From: Squalus acanthias | Taxonomy: Eukaryota | DNA: 64,000 nt | Direction: 5' to 3' | Assembly: GCA_030390025.1 (NCBI GenBank) | Contig: CM059443.1 | Location: 21,328,001-21,392,000, forward strand | In this document: piece by piece, positions 51,701-64,000 of the stretch | How the letters are laid out: each line of letters begins with the position of its first letter | Numbering within the stretch: position 1 is the first letter of the stretch | Notes under the pieces: generated by a model | The model's database searches: none | What the model was told of the DNA's origin: nothing | The model's input: only the letters and a program-made list of their open reading frames with translations | Made by a program: the position numbers and the translations under genes

Positions 51701-52353
51701 CATGAAATCCCCCACCCCAAATCTAGGTCTTTCGACCTGCCCATTTTTGAAACAAAGAACTACTGAAAGTAATTACCACAAGAAGGTTAACCCCTTCTAG
51801 ATAGAATCAGGTAAACTTCCTAAAGGTTAAAACAAATAGCAGATGATCAGAAGACATAATAACCAGGTGACCCCCGATGAGAAAATAAATCTAGTACAGA
51901 CTTTGGGACTTGGTTGCCCATAGAGCATTGGGTCCATCTTAAGAAATCAGTCCCAAACTGATGAGTATTTAAGTATCTACCACATGCACAACCACTTCAC
52001 TTGGTTATAAACGATCTGTATTCAGATAGGTTGCATAGCAGGGATCACTGAATTTCTGCATACTAACAAAGGGTAGAAGGGGGAGGAAGAAAAAAAAATA
52101 CTCCCTGCAGATTTTGTACATCTACAAGCAGTTGCATTGAGACTAGGCTTCATTGTGTCTTCCTAGTTGAAAAAACCCTATTCAGACAACCTACTGACAA
52201 CTCCACTTCCAGCCACCTGCCACGGAGAACTGGAATATTTCCTGTTTCTGAATGCCAATTGCAGTGCTCAAACAGAGGGGGAAAAAAATAATCTAAAGCA
52301 GTAAGGCTACACCCAAGAGATTTAGGAATTAAAAATCATTTATTTTTACTCAC

Positions 52354-52453
52354 CAAGGCCAGAGTTCATGAAGGATGAAGAAGATATGCCATCATGTGAT
52401 GACAACTCTCTGTTGGGTACATGATCACCATAGTGGGAACCTTCACCATAGCC
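52354..52453 (-). CDS. TCF3: TCF3 coding exon: GYGEGSHYGDHVPNRELSSHDGISSSSFMNSGL(V)
   Basis: Acceptor tttttgcag, donor TTG|gtgagt, 100 nt, phase 0 to 1, in frame with neighbours. Not captured by the ORF track. Confidence 0.9.
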
Positions 52454-53191
52454 CTGCAAAAACAAAAATGGAATCAGTCAGGCCATATACAGCAACGCTA
52501 GTAAAAGTCAGAGCAGTAAATCTAAGACTTAAAACATTAGCATGAGCAAAGAAAGGAATTCCTGGCATCCAGGAACAAACTTCAGCGTCAGCCTCCTGTA
52601 ATAGTTTGTAACATGTTGCATTTTCCTAACCTGCTGATTTGCTCTTCCACAGTAGCCCAATATACCAAGATTGGTTATTTATAGCTGCAATGCTAGTTCA
52701 ACCATTACCAGGAGGACAGAGCTTGAATCCTGAATCCCAGCACCGACTTGTGTTAGTATTCAGCCTTCACTAACCAAGAGGATGAATTGCCACCAATTTT
52801 GGTAAAAGTTGAGGGAAAAAAATACTATTAAATACCTTGGCTTGAAATACTGGAGGCAAGCAAAAAGTTTAATAGTTTGAAGTTGGTTCACACCTGAAGT
52901 CAGGTGTGAACGATCCAAAAATTTGCTTAGATTGGCAGAAACAGTGGCAACAAATTAGACTTTAATTTTTTGTCTGAAATGTTAATCCAGGCAGCAATAT
53001 TTCACTTTTTGTAAATTGGTGATACATGGAAGCAATTCAATTGTTGGACTCTATTTGACTGACAATATAGTTGGTAATTATAAAAATCTATCCTGTAGAA
53101 TCTCATTTATCCCAAAATTGAATGCTGGAAAATTCCTTGGATATGGAAGATAACCCAATAAGTGACGAATTAAAAGGGGATTGAACATATC

Positions 53192-53846
53192 GGGCCAGAT
53201 TTTGCTGGAGCGCGTGCCCCCTTCGACTTGTTCGTGTACATTTGGGTTTTAAACTTTTTTGCCCAAAATGTTGCTGAAGTGCAAACTGATAACGGGACAA
53301 CAGGACAAACAGTGTATCTCCTTAACCAATGAGATTAAAGGATTGAGAAATAAACAGAGGAAGGACTAAGAGGATGAATTAGAGTGGGCGAATTCAATGT
53401 CAATTCAGATACTTAGAGAAAGAGAGAGGGAAAGAAAGATTGAATTGAGAGGAGAGACAAAGGAAAAGCAAGACAAAAAATTTAAAAATAAATTTAAAAA
53501 AAACTCCTAAAACAATTTACAACCTTAAGGAATGAGACTCCAGACTTCTTATTGTTCACTTTCTCGGTAAGAGAGGTTGATTGGCAGTTATTAATTATCA
53601 CATTGTTAAAAGGTTACTTACGCTGATTTTCTGTGGAGAGTTTAATGGACAATAAATGTGCAAACGCAGCAACTTCATGAACATCACGTGGAGGTTCAAC
53701 GCAAGATGCCGTTTTCACGAAGCTAACAGCAAAGCGGCGAGCAACTTGTGGCGATTCGCAATTCACAGGGTCTCTCTTCCTCGCTACAAGTTCCTGCCGA
53801 TTCGTGCATCGCTCAGTCACGTTATTTTCTCAGCAAAATCTAGCCC
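53192..53846. mobile_element. Non-autonomous DNA transposon (Harbinger-type MITE)
   Basis: 16-bp TIRs gggcYagattttgctg with 1 mismatch. TSD not clean. Confidence 0.8.
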
Positions 53847-54505
53847 AATGTTTAAAAAAACCCACAACTTCCAAGTAAGTGATAGCTGAGCATTCCACCA
53901 TCTGCCCAGATGGATGAAAATAAATACCTTGATTCGCAAAATGTTTGCAACAGGATCATCAAGAACAAATATCCCCACCCCCCTCTGGTCCAAGTCTAGC
54001 AGGCAAGACAGTATGTACAGAACATTCAAAGAACCAAAAAGATACTACATTTACGATTAGTAGTTTTACAGTAAGTAGTAAGAGTTATTGTACATTTTAC
54101 CTCTCCAATTTCTCCGCCATTGCTTCACATTGCACCATAAGCACCAAGCAAAATTAGTCCGTTACGCCTACTGATTTGATGGACTTGCCCGGATGATGGT
54201 CCCTTCCTCTATTCTACCCCCTCTCCTGTAATATTAACTTCTTCCATGGACATTGATCACTCTCCAGTAACTCAATTAAGTGACCACTAAATGTACGAGC
54301 CTAGACATAAGCGTGGGACCCCATTTCTAATCACTTTCCAGTGACACCTGTTGAAGACTACATGTGTTTATGTGTGGACATTGAGTGAGGCCAGAACTAG
54401 ACTTGGCTGCAATGCCCCGCAAGACTGAAAAAATCTGGCAACACTGACAGAGCCTGGGCTCTTAGGTGAGGTCCAATTAGGGAAAATTAGAAAAATGAAT
54501 ACTTG

Positions 54506-55386
54506 GGCCACGATTTTGCCAGTGCTCAGAGGGCGGGTTTGGAAGCGGGTCAGAGGTTAAATTAGATTTGATTGACGGCAGGTTCCGATCCCGCCGTCAA
54601 CCCGCCTCCAAACAGCTTTCCCAAGTGTCGGGTCACCAATCTGCGAATGGACCAGACACCTAGCGGCGAGAAGCGGATTAAAGGCAATTACCTGCCTATT
54701 AACAGGTACTTGTCAGTAGTTTTCAGCCTGTTTTTGGATTTTCCCGCTTCTGGGTCGGGTTTCCCGACGTCCGGACACCACGCCAGGTAAGTGTGGCGTG
54801 TTGAGAGTCTGGTGTAATGTTTGTGGAATGATGACAGCTGCAGAAGTGGTGTGAAGGATGCAATGTTGCACAGGGTGAGTTTCAGAGCAAAGAAAATGTT
54901 GGGTACTGCATTTTTTTAAACATTTACAGATATCTTTAGCTTACCATTTTTTAAATCCAACTATATGTCCAGTGCTGTCTCATTGGGAGAACCTCTCTCA
55001 CCAGTGACAGATCGCTTCTGTCATCTCACCTGCAGCTGCCATCTATTCCAGCATAGGGAGAGAGTCATTGGAGAGCCTGGGTGCAAGAGGTCACCTTTGT
55101 GCAGTGATTGTCAGTGTTTTCAGCACCTCAATGCTGTCAAACACGGAGAAATCAACTGTCAAAATAAAATTGTGCGTGGTCCCTTTAAGGAAACCAGATG
55201 ACGCGTCATCAAATTAAGTCATCAGACCTGCTTCCTGTTAATTGGCCGGTAAGCCCACAGGGCGGGCTCAACAAGGTCAATCAAGGGAAAATCACGTCTG
55301 TGGAGAGGAGGCAGCTGGGGGCAGGACCGGAAGCTGGAAACCAGCTGTCCCGCACCCATCCCGACACCGATGACAAAATCGCGGCC
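54506..55386. mobile_element. Shorter deletion derivative of the 8359-10099 Harbinger family
   Basis: TIRs ggccacgattttgcca / tgacaaaatcgcggcc, flanks ttg and tta. Shares ctgccatctattcca, gcacctcaatgctgt, ccctttaaggaaacc and ttaattggccgg with the 8359 element. Confidence 0.82.
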
Positions 55387-56252
55387 TTAGTGAGCAACCA
55401 CTACAACTTGAGTCAGTCAGGAATCCATGTGTATGGAATAGGCTGTGATACAGAAATCTCTCGCCAGACTGTTATCCATGGTCAAGTTTCTCTTGGCATT
55501 CCATCTAGTTAGCCTGGCCAGTTCTCTTTTTTTTTTACAGCGACAAGGAGGAAAGTACAGTCTATATTTTTCTAAAAAGTGTGTGATTATGTCTCAAAAA
55601 AGTTTGGAGGCTTTAACCACATTGAACCCAGGTCATTCTACCTTTTCAGACCTTGCCAGTATTATAGCCAACACCTTCATCCCAACATCCACTTTTTTTT
55701 TTTGGATGGGGAAAGGCAACAAAACAAACTATAGTCCTCTTTCACAGCAATTTTTGTGGAGGTACGAGACTTTCCATAAGCCTGCTAAAATGAACAACAA
55801 CATTTGGTTTACTGCTGGTAATAAATATTAATCAGCACGGATTCCCCCCAACTGGAGCTTGAATTTACTAGTGGGTTTGATTTAGAGCCAGCTGCCCAGT
55901 GAGTAAAAAACACAGGTTTTTTTTTTAATACTGCGGAAGGCAGTAAAAAATTGACCTAAATATAGATATTTGAAAAAGCTACTTGTTCAAACTAGACAAG
56001 AACCTAATTAACCAGCAAAACATTCAGAATATTAGAATTACCAGAGCTGACATTAGACTAATTACACTACAACGGTAGCTTTGGTGTGTGCTAGTCGTAT
56101 CATTAACCTGTAATCAAGGCCTGACACGACTCGAAGACTCACCCTGCTCCGCTTTATGTTGGGTTGGGCCCCAACTCTCGAATTACGCTACGGAATTCAT
56201 TGTCAGTGTGAAACCAAGCCATTTTGTACAGATGCTACCACTGTATTGTAAA

Positions 56253-56672
56253 TGCATTTCTACAGCGCCTTTCACAACCACCGGACGTCCCAAAGCGCTT
56301 TACAGTCAATAATTTTTTTTTTTTGAGGTGGCGTCACTGTTGCAATGTAGGACATGCAGCAGCCAATTTGAGCACAGCAAGCTCCCACAATGTGATAATG
56401 ACCAGATAATCTGTTTTAGTGATGTTAACTGAGCAACAAATATTGGCCAGGACACCGGGGATTACTCCCTTGCTCTTCTTCAAAATAGTGCCATGGGGTC
56501 TTTAACATCCACCTGAGAGCACAGACGGGGCCTCAGTTTAACATCTCGTCCAAAAGACAGCACCTCCGACAGTGCAGCACTCCCTCAGCAATGCACTGGC
56601 GGACTAGATTTTGTGCTCAAGTCTCTAGAGTGCGACTTGAACCCACAACCTTCTGACTCAGAGGCAAGGGGC
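56253..56672 (-). mobile_element. Deu-domain SINE
   Basis: High identity to 57262 and 31026. Confidence 0.9.
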
Positions 56673-56869
56673 ACCGTAAAAGTACCTTAGTGGCTAGAAT
56701 CTGGTCGAAATATAAAAGATCATTTTGTGGGGGGGAAAAAAAATGAAACCTACCCTGTTCAATTTGGTATTTTTGTGGGGTTGGAGGAGAAAGGAAAGAT
56801 GGGTATTGATTCAGAGCCAGTGAAGGCTGAAGAAAGCCATTTAGGAAGGGGAGAATAAGCCGTTCTTAC

Positions 56870-56949
56870 CCTTGGTTGTTCATATGTTGATGGACTACTG
56901 TTCTGTGTGCCTGCTGCCCATGGACCAGGGCCTGTTCTTTCATCCAAAC
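56870..56949 (-). CDS. TCF3: TCF3 coding exon: (G)LDERTGPGPWAAGTQNSSPSTYEQPR
   Basis: Acceptor cctgtag, donor AGG|gtaaga, 80 nt, phase 1 to 0. Resembles E2A GLEDRPSSGSWG...FDPSR. Confidence 0.9.
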
Positions 56950-57261
56950 CTACAGGTTAAAACAAAAATCAATTCAGCAGGATTCTTAAGTGAAACCAAA
57001 ATACTGAAGAAAAGTCATAAGCAGAAGCTATGAAAATGAGCACATAAGTCATCAGTTAATAATTTCCAAAGAGGAAAATAAATTTGGCTCTCGCTTGCTC
57101 CTTTTGCAGATAGTGTTACTTTTTCCACATACATCTATACAAGTATCTGGCTAGGAAGGAATTGAGGGTTTTTAAACACAGACAAAACATGATCTAATAC
57201 TGTGTGGAACATGAAAGTTTCTAACATTGATAGGACATTGCAAAATCATGCTAAGAAAAAA

Positions 57262-57709
57262 AGACTTGCATTTATATAGCGCCTTTCACGACCTCAGGAT
57301 GTCCCAAAGCGTTTACAGCTAATGAAGTACTTTTTAAAGTGTAGTCACTGTTGTAATGTAGGAAACACAGCAGACAATTTGCACACAGGAAGCTCCCACA
57401 AACAGCAATGTGATAATGACCAGATAATCTGTTTTAGTGATGTTGATTGAGGGACAAATGTTGGCCAGGACACCGGGAAGAACATCCCTGCTCTTCTTTG
57501 AAATAGTGCCATGGGATCTTCAACGTCCACCTGAGAGAGCAGACGGGGCCTCGGTTTAACATCTCATCTGAAAGATGGCACCTCCGACAGTGCAGCACTC
57601 CCTCAGTACTACACTGGAGTGTCTGCATAGATTTCTGTGCTCAAGTCTCTGGAGTGGGACTTGAACCCACAACCTTCTGACTCAGGTGAGAGTGCTACCC
57701 ACTGAGCTC
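57262..57709 (-). mobile_element. Near-full-length Deu-domain SINE
   Basis: tRNA-like head, Deu core and tail ggcgctatataaatgcaagtc. Confidence 0.9.
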
Positions 57710-58829
57710 CAAAGACAAATGGATTGTGTAGAATCCATGACAGGAAAGTGTACAGTCTGTGAAGAGTGGACTACACAGCATGAAAAAAAATTCCTGTGCC
57801 AAAAGGTACTCAAAAAAGTTATTAAAATAACTTTCTATGTGACAGCCACAATTTTCCAAAGGGTAAATTTCCAGTTCTAGCCAAGCTGCCAACAGAATAA
57901 ATGGAATGGAGACTAAGTACACCCTCTTTAAAAAAAAAAGTGGAAAGGAATTGAAAGCAGTGGGTTAACCAAGAATGCTACACGTGTTGAGCCACAGAAA
58001 ACAGGTTGCCTGTCCATTCTGAAGCTTTGGTAGTTTAGAACACTGAGGGAGTGGGGGGGTAAAACTGAAGGACAAAACTTTGTGTTTTTTAATAAAATTG
58101 CCTGAGGTTGACATGCCTTCCATTTACCTTCCTTAGGTTGTTGAAAGAGAGCGAGTGAAGTACCTGCATTCTGCTACATCAAAAAGATTTTTGCTAAATG
58201 GGGAGTTTTGGGCTGCAACATGGCTACTCAGTATCAGATCAGAATAGAGAAAAAAACACCGAAAATCTGAAGACTACATAAACAGGTGCAGGTATAACCA
58301 ACATGGGTCCAAATCTTCCAGCAACTTTTTGCAGGCATAATTTCACACTTTTCTATACTGTATTTAAATGTTCAAGCGCTAGAAATCAATAATTGTTGAT
58401 GGAAACATTTGTTATTAGATTTAATGTTTGACATTTAGCAAATAAATCTCACAGAAACACTAATGCAGAAAGGTTCTGAATCTCAACTCCATTTACTTTA
58501 CAGGGTTACTTATGACCACAAGAGCACCACTGAAGGCAACCCTGCAACATTAACAGCCTGGTATGAAAAACACCATTAAAATAAATGCCCCAATATGTAT
58601 ATGGGTTCCTACAATTGTTTTGCTTTCAAATTTTTTAATTTTTTTTTTTTAAGTGTAACAAAATATTATAAGGGTTTCAATGGGTATTTATCACCAATAT
58701 CTGTGGAATTTTTTTTTTTCTTAAGAGGCTGGAAAATATACAGGTACAAAAAGATGTTTGTATGACCCCCCCCGGGGGGGGAGAGAGCAGGAAAAAAGAG
58801 CGAGAGAGACAGAAAGAAAAAAAAGAGTC

Positions 58830-59415
58830 AGAGAGTCAGAGTTTTACAGCACAGAAAGAGGCCCTTCGGCCCATCGTGTCCACGCCGGCCATCAAGCCCT
58901 GTCTATTCGAATCCCATTTTCCAGCACTTGGTCCGTAGCCTTGTATGTTATGGTGTTTCAAGTGCTCATCTGAATGCTTCTTGAATGTTGTGAGGGTTCC
59001 TGCCTCTACCACCCTTTCAGGCAGTGAGTTCCAGATTCCAACCACCCTCTGGGTGAAAAAGTTTTTCCTCAAATCCCCTCTAAACCTCCTGCCCCTTACC
59101 TTGAAACTATGCCCCCTGGTTATTGACCCCTCTACTAAGGGGAAAAGTTCCTTTCTATGCCCCTCAATCAGGTCCCCCCTCAGCTTTCTCTGCTCTAAGG
59201 AAAACAACCCCAGCCTGTCCAGTCTCTCTTCATAGCTGAAGCGCTCCAGCCCAGGTAACATCCTGGTGAATCTCCTCTGCACCCTCTCCAATGCAATCAC
59301 ATCCTTCTAGAGTGTGGCGACCAGAACTGCACACAGTATTCCAGCTGTGGCCTAACTAGCGTTTTCTACAGCTCCATCATAACCTCCCTGCTCTTATATT
59401 CTATGCCTCGGTTAA
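58830..59415 (-). mobile_element. CR1 LINE 3' fragment, relatively young
   Basis: Track ORF 58836..59300 (LERVQRRFTRMLPGL..YEERLDRLGLFSLE..FFTQRVVGIWNSLP) is the canonical CR1 ORF2 C-terminus, with a small internal deletion after RGDLIE. Confidence 0.93.
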
Positions 59416-59418
59416 TTA

Positions 59419-59425
<7 letters not shown>

Positions 59426-59487
<62 letters not shown>
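59426..59487. repeat. (GA)n microsatellite
   Basis: Directly visible. Confidence 0.97.
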
Positions 59488-59489
<2 letters not shown>

Positions 59490-61371
59490 TCAATAGGCTT
59501 GGCCAATGAGTTTCTGGGCTGTCACAACAACCACATTCACAATGAGTCATTGGGCAGTGATAGCAATGTACACAGTAAAGAAACTGGGAGTGGGTCATTT
59601 TACCAGGAATTGGTAACTGACACACATGCGGTTAATTTTGACTCTGGTTTACAGAAAGTATCAAAACCCTAAAAGAAGTTATTTCTGGAGACCCTTAATA
59701 AAAACTTTGAATCCTGTTTAATTTACCCACTGTATGCAATGCCTATCCATTAGTACACTGCACACCAAACATTTTCTTTTAATCTTACAGTAAGCAACAA
59801 CCTGGTCAATTATGCAACTGCTCGAATAACCCCCGTTATCACAGAAGAAATGTTTCTTCCCCTGCAATTTTCTCCCATACTTTTAGGAGGATATGGGATG
59901 CCACAGGCGTCAACAACCCTCCAATACCACAGCAAAAGTAGCTATCCACGTGATCAGAGATAGCATAGTGTCTGCAGCTTATTAACCTGTGGGGGCATCT
60001 CTTTCTTCCCTCATCACTGCACACCATCTCCTGTGGGTTTCTTCTATTTTAGTACCTCCTCTAGTAAACCCATCTTTAGGATCTTTTAGATAACCGGCTA
60101 GGTCTTGGGAAAGACATTGCACAAGTCATGCCAGTTTCGGTGAACCAGTGGCAAAGCGCTTTACAAGGGATGCGCCTGTGCAGAGTGACCATGAAACTGC
60201 TCAATTTCTGGCCCAAGCACAAGCAGGTTGCGCGCTGCGCCCCATTCCTGGCCTACTCAACATTGTGGGGGGGGGGGGGGGGGGGGCGGGAAAGAGTCTG
60301 GCCAGATCGCCAATGGCATGACTATGACTAGTTACGCACTGCACATTCATAGCTGCTTTAAAGTCATGAGACCTTGGAGCAACTCAGCATGCGTGAATCT
60401 TGCATGTCCAGCTGTTCAGTTGTAGATAACACCCCAGGGCAAATTGGACAGCAATGCACCCAGATGACATTTCCCCCCCCCCCCCCAAAAAAAGCTTCCA
60501 ATGGACAAGATTCCATAATATAAATGGGGTAAAAGGATCTTCAACAAGACTGAGTCAGTTTACAGACAAATGATGGGAAATATCCACATTAGAATGACAA
60601 AATCCATGAAAAAAAATTCCAAGAAACCTTGCTAAATTTCTATTTGGAAGCTTTCCATGATGAGGTGGTTGCTAATATGCAACATCTAAAAATTCAATCT
60701 ATAAATATAAACAGCTAGCCTGCAGCAAAGAATACCAAGCTCCTGTATAGATTTTTGGAGTGCTCTGCTCCAAAAAGCCATGCCAAGTCTGGCTGTCACA
60801 GTATAAATTTTAAATCGGTATGCTGCTCGATGAAGGAAAACAAGAATTTCCAGACAAGGTCCATGAAGTGAACACCACGATCCACCACATTACGACTTTT
60901 GGATTTACTGGCATAGGCTAAAACTCAAATGACTCAACATTCAAAAACTGTAAGCAGTAGTGTTGCCAACTCTGGTTTGACGTATTCCTGGAGATTTGAT
61001 CATGTGACATTTAATCATGTCATTTGCCCACAGTTATTGAGGGTCTTAATATCACCAAGCCCTGAATAAAAATTTGACTTTTGGTTTTTTTTTTTGAGCG
61101 AGATGAGTAACAATTTATAAATCAAAGAAAAAACACAAATGAATAGATTCTCTCTCTCCCTCCCCAGTTTGTGTTTCTCTCTCGCTCCCTCCCCCAGTCG
61201 GTTTCTTCCTCTCTCCCAGTTGGTATTTTTCTCACTGACCCTCCCCCGGTTGCGCTCTCATGACAGAGTTTCCAGGCGATTTTCATTGGCCCACTGCAGT
61301 CATCCTCACGAATAGAGGGGAGACCAGCAGGGCTCAGACAACGCAGTTTGGTTGCTAGAACATTACGAGAT

Positions 61372-61596
61372 TTTCCTTGCTCTTCAAATAGTGCCATGTA
61401 ATCTTTTACACCCGTTTGAGGGGACAGACTGGGCCTCAGTTTAATATCTCACCTGAAAGGCTGCACTCTCTATAGTGCAGCACACTCTCAGTATTACACT
61501 AGAGTGTCAGCCATTATGTGCTCAAGTCTCTGAAGAGGGACTTGAACACACAATGTTCTAACTCAGGTGTGAATGCTACCATTGAGCCAAGGCTGA
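61372..61596 (-). mobile_element. Deu-domain SINE, 5' half
   Basis: Matches the head and core of the 57262 copy. Confidence 0.82.
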
Positions 61597-62363
61597 CACA
61601 GTGTACTATGAATGTATATCAATACAGAAGGTAGAAGACCTTCACTTAAAATGGTTGTTTCAAGAGCTATGCTTCATCTGTGGAAGGTCCTGAGAATTAC
61701 ACCAAATTTATAACATTCTAGGCAACATAGCTAGGAAATAGAGAAGCTAGAGGTTGAAAGACCTCATATCTGGTTAAAAACAGATGGGCATTTTTTTGTA
61801 ATGCACTGTCTGAACTGTAGATATCCAAAGGCTGACTTTGGTTTCAGATGGTCTAGCACCACATGGTACAAAAGCTTCCTCAGTGCCTTGACAGAAGTTT
61901 CAGGTCAACAGCTGGAGAAAGATTGTATTCGATATTACAATTCCTCTACGGATTTTTGACGAGAATTACTGAGACCGCTGCACATTTTATCAAGTATTTT
62001 ATGGAAACAGGACACACATGCAGTGGAAAAAACAAAACAGGCTACATTTTAATCCATTTCTGTCACCACATGAAAGTAAAAGGGTAGCTCTGTAAATCAC
62101 TACCTATAGTCGGTATTCTTGAGATGTGGGTTCACTACTGGTTTTAAAAGGCACTTTATTAATATATGGGATACAATGAGTAGGACCGTTAACAGGTCCC
62201 CATGGTACGAACTATTTAAATGTAGCCAAAAGAAAAATTTTGAAATTTGGCTATAACTATTAAAAATGAAGTACTTGGCCCAAGCATCAGTTATCTCCTC
62301 TCAGCGTACAAGCTTCTTGTTGACATTTTTTGCCAGAGAAAGATTTGTTCATGTAAACATCAG

Positions 62364-63258
62364 GGGGTAAAAATTAGGTCGCGCCCCATTTGGGGCGCAA
62401 ATATCGTCTGGACGCAAATATTAGCGCCTGGCGCTAATTATCGGCACTGACTGGAAACTTCACTTTTACCGCCCCGGGAGGCGAGTGGAGCGCTAAATCA
62501 GGCGCTGCACACCTGTCTTAAGGCGCAAAGGCCAAGGAGTGAGGCGCTACCTCAGAGCGCTGGCGAAGCTCATGTAATGTCAGTCAGCAATGGAACACAC
62601 ACACAATGGCACGGGCCAGTTCTTAAAGGGAATGGTTAATCTTGCTTTCCATCCACATCCTGTTCATTGCAGCCTTGAATCTCGGCCTGGAGAGACTTGC
62701 ACATCAAATGTGCTGGAAAGAACAATGGAGAGTACCAGGCAAAGAGCTCAGAGTGCAGCTCCCACAGTCTCTGCTAAATCGATACAAGGAATGGCAAATC
62801 AAAATGAACCTGCAAAGTGCTGCTCAGTACCCAAAACTCCTTCACACAATGTTGAATCTCTCCAGAAGTCTCTCCCCCTCTCTCTCTCAGAATGCGTAGT
62901 TCAAAAATGCCACCAACAATAAAAGACAGGAAGAGGCCCCCTTTAAATAGCGCCCCCCCCAGCCCCACAGCGATTGATAGCGTTCCAGTCTTCTGGTCGT
63001 TGCTAGCGTCAGGCGGTAAGGCAGGAGGCGCCACTCAATTTCCGCTCCGGGGCGCCACAAGGGCGTTGCACCATGGAATGACGTCATAATCTGCGCGCGC
63101 AGGTGGTCGCAGCGGTAAGTTTTAGCGCCGCCGCACAATCTCTAGTTAAGTTCCCGAGCGGCGCAACCATCGCTGCGCCCGGGCGTTAGCGGCTTTGCGC
63201 CCCATTAGCGCCCTCTTAAGGCGTTAACGGGAGGCGCAACCAACTGAATTTTTACCCC
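62364..63258. mobile_element. Harbinger-type MITE, 895 bp
   Basis: Perfect 12-bp TIRs ggggtaaaaatt / aatttttacccc, flanked by cag and tag. CpG-rich subterminal ggcgc repeats. Confidence 0.85.
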
Positions 63259-63807
63259 TAGGTGTCTGTCCTTCAGCTCAAAAAGGAGGATCATGTCCGT
63301 CTACTCAGGAGATGTAACTTGTACTCCAATCATCTATACTTTACTCAATAATAAACATCATTTGCAAATCCTCTGTCCAGTTAAATCTTTACATATCTGA
63401 ATGTTGTTGCTTTCCTTTAAAACTCTCGGTACTCCCCACAAGATATCATCTCCAAACAGTAACATTCTACATGGAATATCTACACCTAAATGGATTATAA
63501 TTAAATCTGCAGAGAATGTTAAAAAACTGACTGAGTATTTCACTAGTCAGAACTGAGCAGGCATGGTTAGTATTCAATACTACCTTTTTGACAAATTATC
63601 CTATTTACATAATCTTTGCCCCAACAGCCTATAAGACACCAATATGAAGAGCTCCAAAGTTTTTTTCCTACAGTGTGGTCAAAACACCTACAATTCCAAA
63701 GCTGCATTTCTAACTTCTTACAAAACTTAGAGCAACACTAAATCCTCCAAGTTGTCTGGTAGTAACTCTGGATTTGAGAAGCTGAAAGTTCTCAGCAGCA
63801 GCTTCTC

Positions 63808-64000
63808 AGTCATAACGGCACAGAAGGAGGCCATTCGGCCCATCGAGTCCGTGCCAGCTCTCTAGAGCAATCCAGTCAGTCCCATTCCCCCGCTCTATCC
63901 CCGTAGCCCTGCAAGTTAATTTCCCTCAAGTGCCTATCCAGTCTCCCCTTGAAAACATCGAGTGTCTCCGCTTCCATCGGCAGCGAGTTCCAGGTCCTCA
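63808..64000 (-). mobile_element. CR1 LINE 3' end, runs off the window
   Basis: ggcacagaaggaggccattcggcccatcgagtc is a CR1 terminus. Confidence 0.85.

Larger units (their letters stand above)
771..56949 (-). other. TCF3: TCF3 (E2A) gene body, partial: 8 internal coding exons; gene continues past both window ends
   Basis: Exons of 80+100+68+136+50+103+134+148 = 819 nt splice in frame with GT-AG ends. Paralog-diagnostic motifs, compared from memory: QPKKVRKVPPGLPSS (TCF4 has QTKK, TCF12 QAKK), VYASTS, EVNG, YGVSSHTPP. Confidence 0.88.

Noticed and set aside
58128-58180. Strong donor AAG|gtaaat upstream of the first exon in the window
   Set aside because: No in-frame ATG before an upstream stop and no similarity to the expected preceding E-protein exon (MFPLPV..QFGGS), which must lie beyond the window.
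1-64000. CRISPR arrays, operons or other prokaryotic systems
   Set aside because: The sequence is vertebrate intron-exon DNA with no regularly spaced repeat-spacer array or dense coding.

Overview
This is vertebrate genomic DNA, and the repeat content points to a cartilaginous fish (shark-like). The whole window lies inside one minus-strand gene, the class I bHLH E-protein TCF3 (E2A). Eight internal coding exons were resolved by hand (56949 down to 771). All have GT-AG boundaries and matching phases, and they splice into 819 nt of open frame covering the region after AD1, the RRR..KKVRK nuclear localisation signal and the Ser/Gly/Pro-rich middle region. The first exons and the bHLH exons lie outside the window. 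Introns contain CR1 and L2 LINE fragments, Deu-domain SINEs, LF-SINE-like relics, Penelope terminal-repeat remnants, PIF/Harbinger-derived elements (one with a decayed Myb/SANT ORF), a Tc1/mariner MITE, microsatellites and a 132-N gap. The most interesting leads are all unproven: a hairpin-dense sense-strand intronic segment with a hammerhead-like core (about 42865-43225), candidate internal first exons, a possible decayed HEBAlt/TCF4-A-type exon, a palindromic double E2-box, and a SINE-in-SINE inverted repeat. Nearly all ORFs in the supplied track are spurious or repeat-derived. No database searches or folding programs were run, and repeat boundaries are approximate unless TIR or TSD coordinates are given.
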